Numbered from the stretch's first letter, positions 30,886 through 41,598 are shown. The stretch: 64,000 nucleotides of DNA from a virus (IMGVR_UViG_3300026302_000005:128001-192000), one strand, 5' to 3'. Notes: a model not told the origin generated them from the letters alone. Numbers and translations: made by a program.

Positions 30886-31329
30886 ATGAGCACGACCTAT
30901 TACAGCCAGATCATCTATGGTTTACCGTTGGAACATCGCCGGGTGACCAAGCACATCACCCGATATGACGAAAAGACCGGCAAGCCCTACCAGAAGCAGG
31001 TATCGGAGCGGGCCTGGGTGATTCCCGACAGCAAGCCGATGATCGAGGTCCATGTCGATTACGACGAGACCCTCCACAGCGGTATTGAAGATTTCGATGA
31101 GCTTACGGAACAGCTTTTCCATGGCGACACAGACTACTACTGTGCCGTCGGCATCGCCGTGACCGCAGCCGTCGCTCACGATGATGACGCGGTTGAATTG
31201 AACCCCGTGGTCGATGTGGTCGCTCTTCGTGAGTTGCTCCAGGATTTGGCATCCCACCGGTTCAGCCCCGAAGCGGTCGATGAAATCATGAAGCGGGCCA
31301 AGCTGTTCTTGATCTCTTACGCAAACTGA
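30886..31329 (+). CDS. Hypothetical protein
   Basis: RBS AAGGGG and an ITRYDEKTGKPY motif. Confidence 0.75.
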   Translation: MSTTYYSQIIYGLPLEHRRVTKHITRYDEKTGKPYQKQVSERAWVIPDSKPMIEVHVDYDETLHSGIEDFDELTEQLFHGDTDYYCAVGIAVTAAVAHDDDAVELNPVVDVVALRELLQDLASHRFSPEAVDEIMKRAKLFLISYAN

Positions 31330-31343
31330 GATACTTCTGCTGA

Positions 31344-31829
31344 ATGGACAACTGGTTTCCCACATACGGAAGGGTCATTTATGACCCCGACCGGGGCCGC
31401 ATGAAGAGCGGCACCGAATGGTGGTGCATTATCGAACTGGAAAATCCTGAGATTGCGGACTACTATCGGTGGATGATCGACCGATATTGGTGGGATGCCG
31501 ATAGTAGCCCGGTCAAGCGATCCTATGTGAAATCTCCACACGATCCCCATGTCAGTTTGATTCGGGGGGAGCAGCCTATCAAGAACCAACATCTGTGGGG
31601 GGTCTATCGGGCCAACCAGCGGGTGCGGTTGTGGTATAACAACGACATTCGTCAGACCCTGTTGCGTGGGCCCGAGGCCACCGATAAGTTTTGGTTCGTC
31701 GAGGCCCGATGGAAGTTCTACCTCAGTATGAGACGGATGTTTGGTTTGGCCACAGAGTGGGAAGGAAGGAAATATCGCCCACACTTGACGGTTGCCCAGA
31801 CTCACATCTTGACACCGACCCAGGCATAG
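31344..31829 (+). CDS. 2H-phosphoesterase superfamily protein
   Basis: Two Hx(S/T) motifs about 80 aa apart: PHVSLI and PHLTVA. Confidence 0.65.
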   Translation: MDNWFPTYGRVIYDPDRGRMKSGTEWWCIIELENPEIADYYRWMIDRYWWDADSSPVKRSYVKSPHDPHVSLIRGEQPIKNQHLWGVYRANQRVRLWYNNDIRQTLLRGPEATDKFWFVEARWKFYLSMRRMFGLATEWEGRKYRPHLTVAQTHILTPTQA

Positions 31830-31858
31830 ATTAGGTTCCCTGAACCACAGGAACCAGC

Positions 31859-32848
31859 ATGAGCAGAATTTTCGATGAGTTTCAGACATTGGTGATGTCG
31901 AGGCCCAACTACCGGGCACACGACTATACCAACATCAACTGTCCCGCCTGTGGGGACAGACGGAAGCGTGGTGGCTTCCGTCCGACTCCGACTGGTGGCT
32001 TTCGCTATAACTGCTTCAACGGTGGATGTGAGTTCACTACCCCAACTGGTTGGGAACCCGGCAACGGCCTGGGCGGCAGAGTTCGTCAACTGTTCGATCT
32101 TCTTGGTGGATCAATCGGTAACATCCCGTTGACAGAATTGGTTCCTACACGAGACTCCAAACTCCCAGGCGATACCAAGCAAGATCGATTGGAAGTCGCG
32201 ACGAAATTTCCGGAAGTCAAGATGCCCCCGGGCACCATGATGCTTGAAGAAGCCCTTGCGGCTGATCCACGTGCAGAACCGGTGTTCGACTATCTGATGA
32301 CACGAAGCCCCATGTTTGCAGAGGTAGACTTTCCATTCATGTGGTCTCCCACGCACCCAGACCACCTGCTAGTGCCGTATCTGCATTTCAGCAACACTAT
32401 CGTCGGCTATATGGGCCGGAGCATCAAGGCCACCAAAGGGTCCGAACGGTTCATCCAGCGAGTCGCCACCAACTACATGTTCAATCAGCATACCCTAAAG
32501 GGTCGATCACAGAAGTTCGTCTATGTCATGGAATCTCCACTCGATGCCATTCTCATGCAAGGTGTCGCCACCCGCGAAAGCCGATTGACACAGAAACAGA
32601 TCAACCTGTTGCGGTTGACATCGAGCCAGCCGGTGTTGATTCCGGATCACAAGCCTGTTGAGTCCGAGCCGTATCTGAAAGCCGCCGAAGCCAACGACTG
32701 GTTTGTGTCAGTTCCCGACTGGCCGCATAAGGATGTTGGTGAAGCAATTCAACGAATGGGGTTGCTAAATGCGGTCACAGCAATTACCTCTGCTATGACA
32801 AAGAACTACCACTATGCCCGAGCCCGGATCGGACTAGGAAACCCTTGA
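31859..32848 (+). CDS. DNA primase (gp61-like)
   Basis: Zn finger CPAC..DRRKRGG..YNCFNGGC; TOPRIM motifs VMESPLDAI, IPD, KDVGEA. Confidence 0.88.
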   Translation: MSRIFDEFQTLVMSRPNYRAHDYTNINCPACGDRRKRGGFRPTPTGGFRYNCFNGGCEFTTPTGWEPGNGLGGRVRQLFDLLGGSIGNIPLTELVPTRDSKLPGDTKQDRLEVATKFPEVKMPPGTMMLEEALAADPRAEPVFDYLMTRSPMFAEVDFPFMWSPTHPDHLLVPYLHFSNTIVGYMGRSIKATKGSERFIQRVATNYMFNQHTLKGRSQKFVYVMESPLDAILMQGVATRESRLTQKQINLLRLTSSQPVLIPDHKPVESEPYLKAAEANDWFVSVPDWPHKDVGEAIQRMGLLNAVTAITSAMTKNYHYARARIGLGNP

Positions 32849-32852
32849 TTCC

Positions 32853-34412
32853 ATGACAGATGAGTTTGACTATCCAGAAGATGACGATGGACCGGTGATT
32901 GATTTCTCCGACGTCTACGTCAATACCAAACCAAAGAGTGAATTTGGATCGGCTGTCATCGAGGATGATGATGGTCCTGAGAGCGGTTATGGACAAGACG
33001 TCAACGCAACCGAACACATGCTGCTGTCGTATCTGGCAGCGAACCATGACCTATGGATCAGATGTGCCAGTGTCTTGAAGGCGGAGTATTTCTCCCCTGA
33101 AATGAAGCCTGTCGTCGATCTGTTGCGATCATACGAAACCAAAAACCAGACCATGCCCAGCACACTGGTTATTCGTGCTGATACTGGCATCTCCCTGGAA
33201 ACCCCAGTGGACACCGACCACAGTCTGGTCATGGATGATGTAGCCAACCGGGTCGAAGAGTTCTGTCGATTCCGTGCCGCTGGAGACTTCCTGCTAGAGA
33301 CGGCCACGATCATGCAGGAAGATCGGTCCAGGTCTACCATGCAATTTCTGGTGGCAGAGATGGCCAGGATCGCATCGATCAGTGTCCAGCAAGACCTGGG
33401 ATATGAAGTCCACACCGATGCCGCCAAACTGCTCGAAGAAGCAAAGAACTCCGATGCTCTACCGATTGGCTATCACTTCTTGGATGAAGCCCTGAATGGC
33501 GGGGTGACCAAGCCCAGCTACAACATTGTGTCAGCAAGCTCTGGCCAGGGCAAATCGATCTTCCTGCAAAACACCGCTCTGAACTATGCCCGACAGGGGC
33601 ACAACGTCGTCTACATCAGCCTGGAGCTTCCAGAATTTATGCTGGAAAAGCGGTTCGCCGCAATGATGACCGACACCAGCATCCACAAGATTTATCAGAA
33701 TCTGGATGCAGTGCTGTTGAAGATGAAGCGGAGCCGTGCCCGAGAGGGGAAGATACAGATCAAGCGGATGCCTATGAATGGCACAAGCATGGCGGATATC
33801 CGGGCTTATGTGGCAGAACTGCGGTCTTCGACTGGTGAAGTCTGGGAACACATCATGCTGGACTATCCCGACCTGATGCAACCCGTCCAGCCTGGTATCC
33901 GCCTTGACAACATCCACCTGAGGGATCAGGCCGTATCCCAGGAAATCTATGACTGGGCCCACGAAAAGGGATCGACCAAGATCGTCTGGGGTGCCTCACA
34001 GCAAACCAAAGGTGCCAAGGAAGAGAAGGAAGCCCGTCAGTCAGGGGTTGCCGGGGGAACCGGTAAGGTCAACACCTGTGACAACCTGGTGATCTTCAAG
34101 CGTAGCCTGGAGGATCAGCGTGAAGGTCGAACCTGGGCATACGTTGAGAAGGGCCGTAATGGTGGCTCCGGCACTCGTATTCCGTTCAAATGGGACAAGG
34201 AAACCCAGAGGATGGATACCGATGAGTCGGATCGGGAACTGTTCGATAAGGCCAATCGCCCACCAGAGGATGGGGATGAAGCCCCCAAGAAGAAGGTTAG
34301 CAACGATCCGCTGGTTCGTGCTAAACAACAGGATGATGCAAGACAGGCCGCTGTGTCACCATCAACCAGTGACATCATACGAAATCGACTGCAACGGGGA
34401 GCCACTAAGTGA
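32853..34412 (+). CDS. Replicative DnaB-like helicase (gp41-like)
   Basis: ASSGQGKS, YISLEL, MLDYPDLM, WGASQ, EKGRNG. Confidence 0.92.
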   Translation: MTDEFDYPEDDDGPVIDFSDVYVNTKPKSEFGSAVIEDDDGPESGYGQDVNATEHMLLSYLAANHDLWIRCASVLKAEYFSPEMKPVVDLLRSYETKNQTMPSTLVIRADTGISLETPVDTDHSLVMDDVANRVEEFCRFRAAGDFLLETATIMQEDRSRSTMQFLVAEMARIASISVQQDLGYEVHTDAAKLLEEAKNSDALPIGYHFLDEALNGGVTKPSYNIVSASSGQGKSIFLQNTALNYARQGHNVVYISLELPEFMLEKRFAAMMTDTSIHKIYQNLDAVLLKMKRSRAREGKIQIKRMPMNGTSMADIRAYVAELRSSTGEVWEHIMLDYPDLMQPVQPGIRLDNIHLRDQAVSQEIYDWAHEKGSTKIVWGASQQTKGAKEEKEARQSGVAGGTGKVNTCDNLVIFKRSLEDQREGRTWAYVEKGRNGGSGTRIPFKWDKETQRMDTDESDRELFDKANRPPEDGDEAPKKKVSNDPLVRAKQQDDARQAAVSPSTSDIIRNRLQRGATK

Positions 34413-34729
34413 GTGAAAGACCAAAAGACGACGGTAGCATGTTCTTCGTGGGGATGAAATTCTTCCCTAACGAAAATCTCAAGCAATCCGAACTGAACCG
34501 GATCGTCATCCATCTGTTCCGTCGCTTCTTCATGAGAGATGGTGCCCCACTAGAAGTCAAAGAGCACGAAAGCAGTATGCTGTCGCTGGTCCAGTTTCTG
34601 GTCGATTTGGACATCCGGCTGACCGAAGAAGCGTTTGCGGAAATCCCGGAAGACCTGAGAAAGTATTTCAAGGTAATCCATCGAGATGGTGTAGAATACC
34701 GTTATGGGCAGAAAGCTCGACGGTTCTGA
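34409..34729 (+). CDS. Hypothetical protein
   Basis: 106-aa ORF coupled to the helicase gene. Confidence 0.7.
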   Translation: MSERPKDDGSMFFVGMKFFPNENLKQSELNRIVIHLFRRFFMRDGAPLEVKEHESSMLSLVQFLVDLDIRLTEEAFAEIPEDLRKYFKVIHRDGVEYRYGQKARRF

Positions 34730-34741
34730 CCAAATACAGTC

Positions 34742-34978
34742 ATGCACACCCGTCGTAGCCTCTTCGAAGAACTATCCCGCTTCTCGGTCTCCACCCTGGA
34801 TACCCGAGGTGAGAACGCATTCAACGTTGCTGTCAAGTTCATGGAACTGATGCAAGAAGAATGCGCCGACGAATATGCCTTCGATCTGATGATGAAAGCC
34901 TGGTTCCGAGCCGTCAAGGATAAAGACTACAGCCGGTTCACCAGGACCTACAACAAATACAAGAAGACCTCAGACTAG
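34742..34978 (+). CDS. Hypothetical protein
   Basis: 78-aa ORF with an upstream CAAATA late-like motif. Confidence 0.7.
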   Translation: MHTRRSLFEELSRFSVSTLDTRGENAFNVAVKFMELMQEECADEYAFDLMMKAWFRAVKDKDYSRFTRTYNKYKKTSD

Positions 34979-36642
34979 ACATCTCGGGTCCATACCCACC
35001 TGATCTTCCCACAATCCCACACCCGATCATACTCCAGGTTCTCCATCATGACCCTCTCGGTCAATGATGGATCATACTGATCCGGATGCATCCGCTTGAT
35101 ACCACTCTTGCGAAACTTCGACTTGTGGTGTCGGATATTGTTCTTCACGTAGTAATAGTCTGGTGCAATCTCACCATCCTTGTGAAAGCCCAGTTGCTGA
35201 TACGATCCACCCATGAACCACCGATTATCGCTGAAACTCACGATGCTCTCTGGACTATGATTCTTGATGAAGTGCTGGAACAGCTTGCTCATCATCCCGG
35301 GATACATCGCCCCATTCGTGGCGAACCGTTTCAATTCCCATTCATAGCTGGACGTCTGCCGGGTCGGTTCGCCAAATACCATCACCCCCACCAGATCACC
35401 ATTATGGAATGCACCCAAGTGGATCGAACCGGTCGCCGATCCCTGAATGTGATAGGTGTTGAGGAATGCGGCTGAGTCGTGCGGTAGTATCTGTTCCACT
35501 GATAGATGTCGAGCACCGACACCAGTCGGAGCCTTGTCCAGTCTGGTTCTCAAGATCGACTTCACCACGTCAGGTCGGTCAAGCCATTCATCATCGAAGA
35601 TCGTGATCAGATCGATGCCGCGATCCGCCAGGGTCTGCTGCTTGTCCTGGTGGTATTCCTTACCCTTCCCGAAACGTTCTCCATGCCAGTAAAGCCCACA
35701 ATACTCGATTGCCAGGTTCTTGGCCGCAATATACAGGTCCACCTCTTTCGGCGGGATCAACGTCCTGGTATTCCGATCCACTTCATATCCAAGCGACTCG
35801 ATGAAATCACCGATGTCGGTCTCACCCTTGGATATCATCCCAACGCACTTCGGACATCCACTACCTCTGCTATGGGCTTTGGGGGTTTGATGAAACACAC
35901 CGTGCTGATGACATACGATGGCTACTGGTCGTTCTGTATGAACGTATTCGACTAGATCATAGCCATACCGCGACCCATGTGCATGTTGAAATCTATCCAG
36001 GATTTCATCCTGAGTAAAGGTCTTGCTCTCACTCGTTCGTTGAAAGCCACAGTCCGGGCATCCATGTCCATTTTTGTGTGTTCCGTAGGCTTGTTCAAAC
36101 GGTCCATGATCGGGACAGATGATCGTGCCGGGAACGTTTGCCCCCTTGTAGACGAACTGGCTGTAGTCGTAGCGATCTCCATGAACGGATCGAAATTCTT
36201 CGGTCGGATCGAACCCGGCGAGTTGCCGATCACTGGACAGACCACAGATGCGACATCCCCGACCTTTCAGGTGGTTGTCCGGAAGCATATCAAATGCCCC
36301 GTGAATCCGACAGTTGATAGTGACCTTGGATCGATTCGTCGTATACACCGTGGGGGTGTAGTCGTAACGCAATCCGTGGACGGCACGGAACGCTTCGATG
36401 GCCTGCTCCGGACTCTTCCTGCGTTTCTGACCCTTCTCGATCTTCCCGCACTCGGGACAGCCACTCTTCCGGATATGGATCGCCGGGGTCTGTTCAAACG
36501 ATCCATGTTGGGGGCAGTTGATCGTCACCTTGGTGTGCGATCCGTTAAATACAACGCTGGAGTAGTCATAGCGGTCGCCGTGCTTCTTTCGAAACCGAGC
36601 GATCACATCTATGGTGGATGAAGATTTTTGGCCTTTGGGCAC
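34975..36642 (-). mobile_element. Free-standing homing-endonuclease-like gene: four DUF723-like Zn repeats, a PD-(D/E)xK nuclease and a Mom/GNAT-like domain
   Basis: Four HG.RY.Y..C..HG.F..GC..C repeats; EVDLYI..LAIEYCGLYWHG; WELKRFAT..SFSDNRW. It is inverted relative to its neighbours. Probable GTG start at 36642 with a GGAG RBS. Confidence 0.75.
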
Positions 36643-36722
36643 GATTTTGAACTCCAGACGTAAATAGATGTGTAACCAACCACGGGGAATCAACTGCCCC
36701 GTCCACAACAAGGAATATAGAC

Positions 36723-37364
36723 ATGTCCCGTTATGACGTCAATACCGCGAACACGAATCGCATCGTTCGCTTCCGCATCGAACCGACCAACGCCGCCGAC
36801 GCCAACGCTGCTCTGTTCGGCATGTTCAAGGGCCGCAACAACCAGTATCCGAGCTACGGCCAACTCGTGGGCACCCCGACGGGCGTTCAGGAAGTTGCTC
36901 AGCTTCGCACCAGCCTGGTCATTCGTGCCGTCACCGCCTATGCCATCCCCGTTGGTGTGCAACTGGCTGACGACAGCTTCGCCACCGGTGGTCTGACCGC
37001 CAACTTCGCTCCGGCACTGATCGTGAGCTACGAGCAGGACTCCACTGGTGAGTTCTACAACAACGCATGGGCTGGCAACACCACTCTGCCGAAGCACCAG
37101 GTTGGTCCCATCGTCGATACCATCGGTATCGGTGGTATGACCGCTCCGAAGACCAAGCCGGGTCTCCAGGGTCTCCTGGACAGCCTGTTCTCGGTCTCCT
37201 ACGACGGCGGCGTGTCGGGTCCGTTCGGCAACTTGTCCAACGGTGGTAACGTGGTTCTCCCGAACGGCGTAAACGTGACCGGTGTTCCGGTTCTGGACAA
37301 CGCTGGTGGTGGTGTTCCTGCATCGACTTCCGGCCTCTCGATCACCTACCTCGCCGACTTCTGA
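36723..37364 (+). CDS. Abundant virion structural protein
   Basis: TAAATA at 36661, AAGGA RBS, strongly biased codons and a terminator after the gene. Confidence 0.75.
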   Translation: MSRYDVNTANTNRIVRFRIEPTNAADANAALFGMFKGRNNQYPSYGQLVGTPTGVQEVAQLRTSLVIRAVTAYAIPVGVQLADDSFATGGLTANFAPALIVSYEQDSTGEFYNNAWAGNTTLPKHQVGPIVDTIGIGGMTAPKTKPGLQGLLDSLFSVSYDGGVSGPFGNLSNGGNVVLPNGVNVTGVPVLDNAGGGVPASTSGLSITYLADF

Positions 37365-37383
37365 TCGCGGCGAAAAAAGAAAT

Positions 37384-37418
37384 GGACGGGCAGGGTCTTC
37401 CCTGCCCGTTTTCTTTTC
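37384..37418 (+). terminator. Intrinsic terminator
   Basis: GACGGGCAGGG-TCTT-CCCTGCCCGTTTT. Confidence 0.8.
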
Positions 37419-37441
37419 CTAAATATCCATGAGGGATCATC

Positions 37442-38038
37442 ATGGACACAATTGACTTCGATACAATAGCATCTGCATGGCGGCGAATGGTCTCCGATCC
37501 TGAGCGCGTGGATTCCATGCGAACAGAAGCCCCCGGCTTGCTTCATCCAACTGCAATCCGATTGAAGAACGTCTCACAGGCCGAAGATCACGTTGATATT
37601 CAATTCAGCGAGTTCGAAGCTGCTTCTGATGGCGTCACAGGTATCCCTATCATCAAACGGATGATCCTGAACTGGTTGAAGAAGATTTCCAGTATGGTTC
37701 AGGTTATGGGTTCTGGAACTTCTGAGATGACTCTTCGGTTGTCCACCAGGAGCAAATTTACAGAGGTTGCTATCCCGGTGCTTCGTCGAAATTCGAAGAC
37801 CAACAAGATCACCCGTGTGTCCAAATGTATCAGTGGGGCGAAGGCGGGGCGTAAGGTATCTGACCCAAGTGAGTGCCTGACATTTCCGGATGTCATTAAG
37901 GGTATCGGACTTTCTATATCAAAACGAGCACACGCGGGCCAAATAAGCAACCGGAGAACAAAAACCAAGCTCACCAACATTGTGAGCCGTCGAGTTCGCC
38001 GAGCAAACCAACGGATGAAGAAGGCAAGAGGATTTTGA
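37442..38038 (+). CDS. Hypothetical basic late protein
   Basis: TAAATA at 37420 and an Arg/Lys-rich C-terminus. Confidence 0.7.
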   Translation: MDTIDFDTIASAWRRMVSDPERVDSMRTEAPGLLHPTAIRLKNVSQAEDHVDIQFSEFEAASDGVTGIPIIKRMILNWLKKISSMVQVMGSGTSEMTLRLSTRSKFTEVAIPVLRRNSKTNKITRVSKCISGAKAGRKVSDPSECLTFPDVIKGIGLSISKRAHAGQISNRRTKTKLTNIVSRRVRRANQRMKKARGF

Positions 38039-38039
38039 C

Positions 38040-38822
38040 ATGAGTGATGATGATCGTTTGATCGAGGAGTCGGCGGCATATGCGATGCGTATTGCCAAAT
38101 CGGCCCAGCTTGACAAATCACAGCGTGACGCTACCGGTGCTGGGTTCCATGCCAATCAGATCACGGATGGGGTCATGAACCAGGGTCGTAGTTACTCTGG
38201 TGCTGCATCTGGTCCTGCTGATGTTTTGGCCCGAGAACAGGCAGCGAGCCGAGCCGCCGTCGAGTCCCGTCGAGTCATCGAATCAATGGGTGAACTGGAT
38301 ATCAACGATCTCTTTGCGCCCGATCTTGGTCAACAGAATGAGTATGGACAGACCGCCCGGGCGTTGAGCCGGATGACCCAACACATGGTTCAGACTGGTG
38401 CCCGTCGCATCATCAACGATGCTTACATGGACCCAAATGAGGCCACCATGCTGGTGGAGCAGGAAGCGTATCGTCCACAACAGGTCGATAGTGGGTGGCG
38501 TGTCAAGAAATCACAGGCCACTCTCCAGTCCGGGAAGAAGATTCCTGTATTCATGGTTGAGGACAGTCTATCCGGGATGACCACGGGAAAGCGGTATCGT
38601 TTGTCCCAGGTTGCGGAAAAGATCGTGAAGGTTATCAACGCGACTGGTAATCCGAATGATGCCCGGATCAAGATGATCGAAACCGCATATGACCGTCATG
38701 TTGAACTGATGCGGTCGATTGCGGGTGCAAAGACTGCTCTGGCAGAGGGTCGTGGGGACAAGCGCAGGCTCCAGCAAATGCAGTCTGAGCTTGAAGAAGT
38801 CAACGCAAGACTCGGATTGTGA
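38040..38822 (+). CDS. Hypothetical protein
   Basis: 260-aa ORF. Confidence 0.75.
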   Translation: MSDDDRLIEESAAYAMRIAKSAQLDKSQRDATGAGFHANQITDGVMNQGRSYSGAASGPADVLAREQAASRAAVESRRVIESMGELDINDLFAPDLGQQNEYGQTARALSRMTQHMVQTGARRIINDAYMDPNEATMLVEQEAYRPQQVDSGWRVKKSQATLQSGKKIPVFMVEDSLSGMTTGKRYRLSQVAEKIVKVINATGNPNDARIKMIETAYDRHVELMRSIAGAKTALAEGRGDKRRLQQMQSELEEVNARLGL

Positions 38823-38854
38823 TAAATACCAATGAACGTTTGGAGATACCACAA

Positions 38855-39967
38855 ATGCCGCTGATTTTCCTGCAAGAGTCTTCTGATGGAGTCTTGACCA
38901 AGATCAAGTCTGATCTTTCCTTCATTGATCCGACGGTTGATCTTGATCGATACGCCGGGATGACCACACGCAAACTCCAACAGAAGCTGCGGGAAACCCG
39001 CAAGTCCATTGATGGAATGCGGACTGGTCTCTATGGGTCGTGGCTCAAGTCGGAAAAGTATGTCAAGCACACCCTGGTGGCCGAAGCTCTCACTACGCTG
39101 ATTGAGCAGAAGACCGCCAAGATGCGGACGGAACGACTGGTCCCCGGTGCCACCTACTACAACAGTGTTGCTCGGTTCGGGGACATTCTGGAAGGTCGTT
39201 ACGCCATCTATCTGGGTGAGCAATTCACCGGTTGGATTCCGTTCCGCGAGACTGCTGCGATCTCCAAGGCAATGCAAGTTCTCCGTCACGGAACCGATGA
39301 GGACTTCCGTCAAATCTACGTCGGTATGGCTGATGGCCGTCCGGATGCACTGAGCACAGTGACCCTGGAGCACATCGCGGAATCCAGTCCTCGGGCTCTC
39401 AAACTGATCGAACGATATTGTGATTCTCGGTGGTCGGGGCCGTGGCCGTGGGAAGTGGACGCCCCGGAGCGCCTGAAACTGATGATCGAAACACGCAAGG
39501 AAAAGAACATGAACAGTATTACAGAAATGCAGCGTCGGTTTGCCCGCCTCCTTCGTGAATTTGATGAAGGCGGTATGGGCAAGTTCGAGATGGTCTCGGC
39601 CACCCAAGACATGATGACTCAGGTCGATGGCATGATCTCCAATCTGGGCAAGCTGTCCAGCACTGGTATCCAGGTGATGGCACAGGCAAAGTCTACGGGC
39701 GAAGACAATCTGGTTGAACCGATGCAGGCCGCTCTGGGTGAACCCCTGAACAACGCAGTGGCTGCATTGACCGACCTCAAGGCTGCACTGACCCAGGCTA
39801 CTGAGCAGTTGACTGGTGGGGCTCCCGCTGGCGGTATGGACGCCGACATGGGTGATGACATGGGTGGAGACGATCTTGGTTCTCCGATGGATGCCATGGG
39901 TGACGATCCACTCGATGACATCGAGATCGGTGGCGACGAGGGCGAACGTCCTGTGAAAGGTATCTGA
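38855..39967 (+). CDS. Hypothetical virion/scaffold-like protein
   Basis: TAAATA at 38823, GGAG RBS, coiled coils and a D/G/M-rich tail. Confidence 0.7.
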   Translation: MPLIFLQESSDGVLTKIKSDLSFIDPTVDLDRYAGMTTRKLQQKLRETRKSIDGMRTGLYGSWLKSEKYVKHTLVAEALTTLIEQKTAKMRTERLVPGATYYNSVARFGDILEGRYAIYLGEQFTGWIPFRETAAISKAMQVLRHGTDEDFRQIYVGMADGRPDALSTVTLEHIAESSPRALKLIERYCDSRWSGPWPWEVDAPERLKLMIETRKEKNMNSITEMQRRFARLLREFDEGGMGKFEMVSATQDMMTQVDGMISNLGKLSSTGIQVMAQAKSTGEDNLVEPMQAALGEPLNNAVAALTDLKAALTQATEQLTGGAPAGGMDADMGDDMGGDDLGSPMDAMGDDPLDDIEIGGDEGERPVKGI

Positions 39968-39969
39968 TC

Positions 39970-40326
39970 GTGACCACGGTAGTTGAATATGATGGGTTCT
40001 ATGGGGCGTCTCGGGCCCGTCTGATTGCTTTGGGGCAATCGGCTGGTGCCAACGACATCCTGGTGGAAATCAACCAGCTTCAACTGCTTGTTGATAACGC
40101 AGCAGTCACTGGTAACCTCGATGTGACCGTCTCAACGACCCCGATGACCACGAACACGTTGTTCTTTGACTCCTGGAACGATCCCTACAACAACGATACC
40201 GGTGCGGATAAACTGCGTCGGATCGCGATGAACCACGTGATCAACTACTTCACCCGACTGGGCTATTCAGTTCGCCGCACCCGGGTTGGAACGACCAATT
40301 TCTTCCAGTGGCTGATCGAGTGGTAA
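39970..40326 (+). CDS. Hypothetical structural protein
   Basis: 118-aa ORF ending F..LGY.V...FQW.I.W. Confidence 0.7.
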   Translation: MTTVVEYDGFYGASRARLIALGQSAGANDILVEINQLQLLVDNAAVTGNLDVTVSTTPMTTNTLFFDSWNDPYNNDTGADKLRRIAMNHVINYFTRLGYSVRRTRVGTTNFFQWLIEW

Positions 40327-40391
40327 CGTTTTTTCTTGACGAATCAACTCTAGTCTGATAGAACAGTCTCCTGACCAACGGGAGATCGATC

Positions 40392-40625
40392 ATGGCTGGA
40401 AATACCTTCGCGTGTGTTACCGTTGGCACCCCTGATCGCACCCGTTATGCCATCAAGATACCCGGTCATTTCGACCGCGATGACAACTACATCCCCGATG
40501 CATGCGTTAAGGGTGGAACCCGTCGTCTTGAAATTGAATGCCTGGTTCTGGCCGAACATCTTGCAGCCGTCCATCGTGGTAAGGTCATGGTTGTGTGCCC
40601 GATGATCACGGAGATCAAGCGATGA
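40392..40625 (+). CDS. Hypothetical early protein
   Basis: TTGACG-17-TAGAAC promoter at about 40336 and GGAG RBS. Confidence 0.6.
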   Translation: MAGNTFACVTVGTPDRTRYAIKIPGHFDRDDNYIPDACVKGGTRRLEIECLVLAEHLAAVHRGKVMVVCPMITEIKR

Positions 40626-41065
40626 CCTTCTGGGCTGGATACGCAAAGCGTCCGATGGGCAAGGGAAACCCCTACTACTGCTGCGTCGGATGCGGGATCA
40701 CCGATCCTTCCATCAACGGCGACATCAATCGGCATGGTCCGGGGTGCCCGGAGGTCCAGAAGTATCTGGCCGAACTGAATCCCAACGACTATACTCCGTT
40801 TGCAATTGAGGGGACGGTGTATCGTGGTGGAGATGAGATCGAGTATGAGATCGTGGTGGATCGTGAGGTCTACATCCGCCTGGTCACCAGAAATCTCTAT
40901 GGCGTGTTCTATCCATTGCGCCAATCCGACATGGTGTTCCCGAATGCATTGGTTGCGACCGAGGCACTACGGGATGCGGTTGGGCTGTTGGTGGCCAAGG
41001 ATATCCTGATCGATGGCGATGTGCCGCGTAGCCATGTCATGTGGAAGCTTGGATCAAAGGGTTGA
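40622..41065 (+). CDS. Hypothetical protein with an N-terminal Cys/His Zn motif
   Basis: ATGA overlap with the upstream gene; CCVGCG..H..C. Confidence 0.65.
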   Translation: MTFWAGYAKRPMGKGNPYYCCVGCGITDPSINGDINRHGPGCPEVQKYLAELNPNDYTPFAIEGTVYRGGDEIEYEIVVDREVYIRLVTRNLYGVFYPLRQSDMVFPNALVATEALRDAVGLLVAKDILIDGDVPRSHVMWKLGSKG

Positions 41066-41090
41066 CATTGGCTGTCGAACCTGGTATACG
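41062..41090 (+). promoter_or_regulatory. Sigma70-type early promoter
   Basis: TTGACA-17-TATACG. Confidence 0.6.
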
Positions 41091-41114
41091 GGATCGGCAA
41101 CAGGGAGAACGCTC

Positions 41115-41537
41115 ATGCAGTTTTTGAATGTCGAAGATCACGCTGCAATCGGTCGTTCTCCTGCGACCGACACTCGTTGTCTGGTGGTGAAACGTGATCC
41201 CGTGACTGGAACATCCTTTCACATAAACAGCGTGAACTGTGGCTCCCAGTATGACTTCCTGGTGTCATTCGTTTCTTCGCGTGACGGACTGGTCTGTATG
41301 ATGAGCCATTCGTTCCGGTTCGAGCATCCTGCCGAGAAGTATCGTGCCGCCGTGTATGGCAAGTGCATGGAATGCTCCACGCTCGACTTGCCTGCCCGCG
41401 AAGCCTATGAACTCCTGTTCTCGTTGATCGACTTTGATCGCGGTGATGAAGTGGAACTGCGTGATCCCGATGCTGGTATGTTTGGATGGAAGCTTCTGTC
41501 CCAACAGGAAGCCACGGACCTGATTCAAACCCTGTAA
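41115..41537 (+). CDS. Hypothetical protein
   Basis: GGAG RBS; 140 aa. Confidence 0.65.
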   Translation: MQFLNVEDHAAIGRSPATDTRCLVVKRDPVTGTSFHINSVNCGSQYDFLVSFVSSRDGLVCMMSHSFRFEHPAEKYRAAVYGKCMECSTLDLPAREAYELLFSLIDFDRGDEVELRDPDAGMFGWKLLSQQEATDLIQTL

Positions 41538-41543
41538 TCGAGG

Positions 41544-41572
41544 TTGCGTTCCATTCGGTCTCCGGTTACAAT
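41544..41572 (+). promoter_or_regulatory. Sigma70-type early promoter
   Basis: TTGCGT-17-TACAAT. Confidence 0.6.
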
Positions 41573-41598
41573 ATCACAACTCAACATGGAGAATCATC

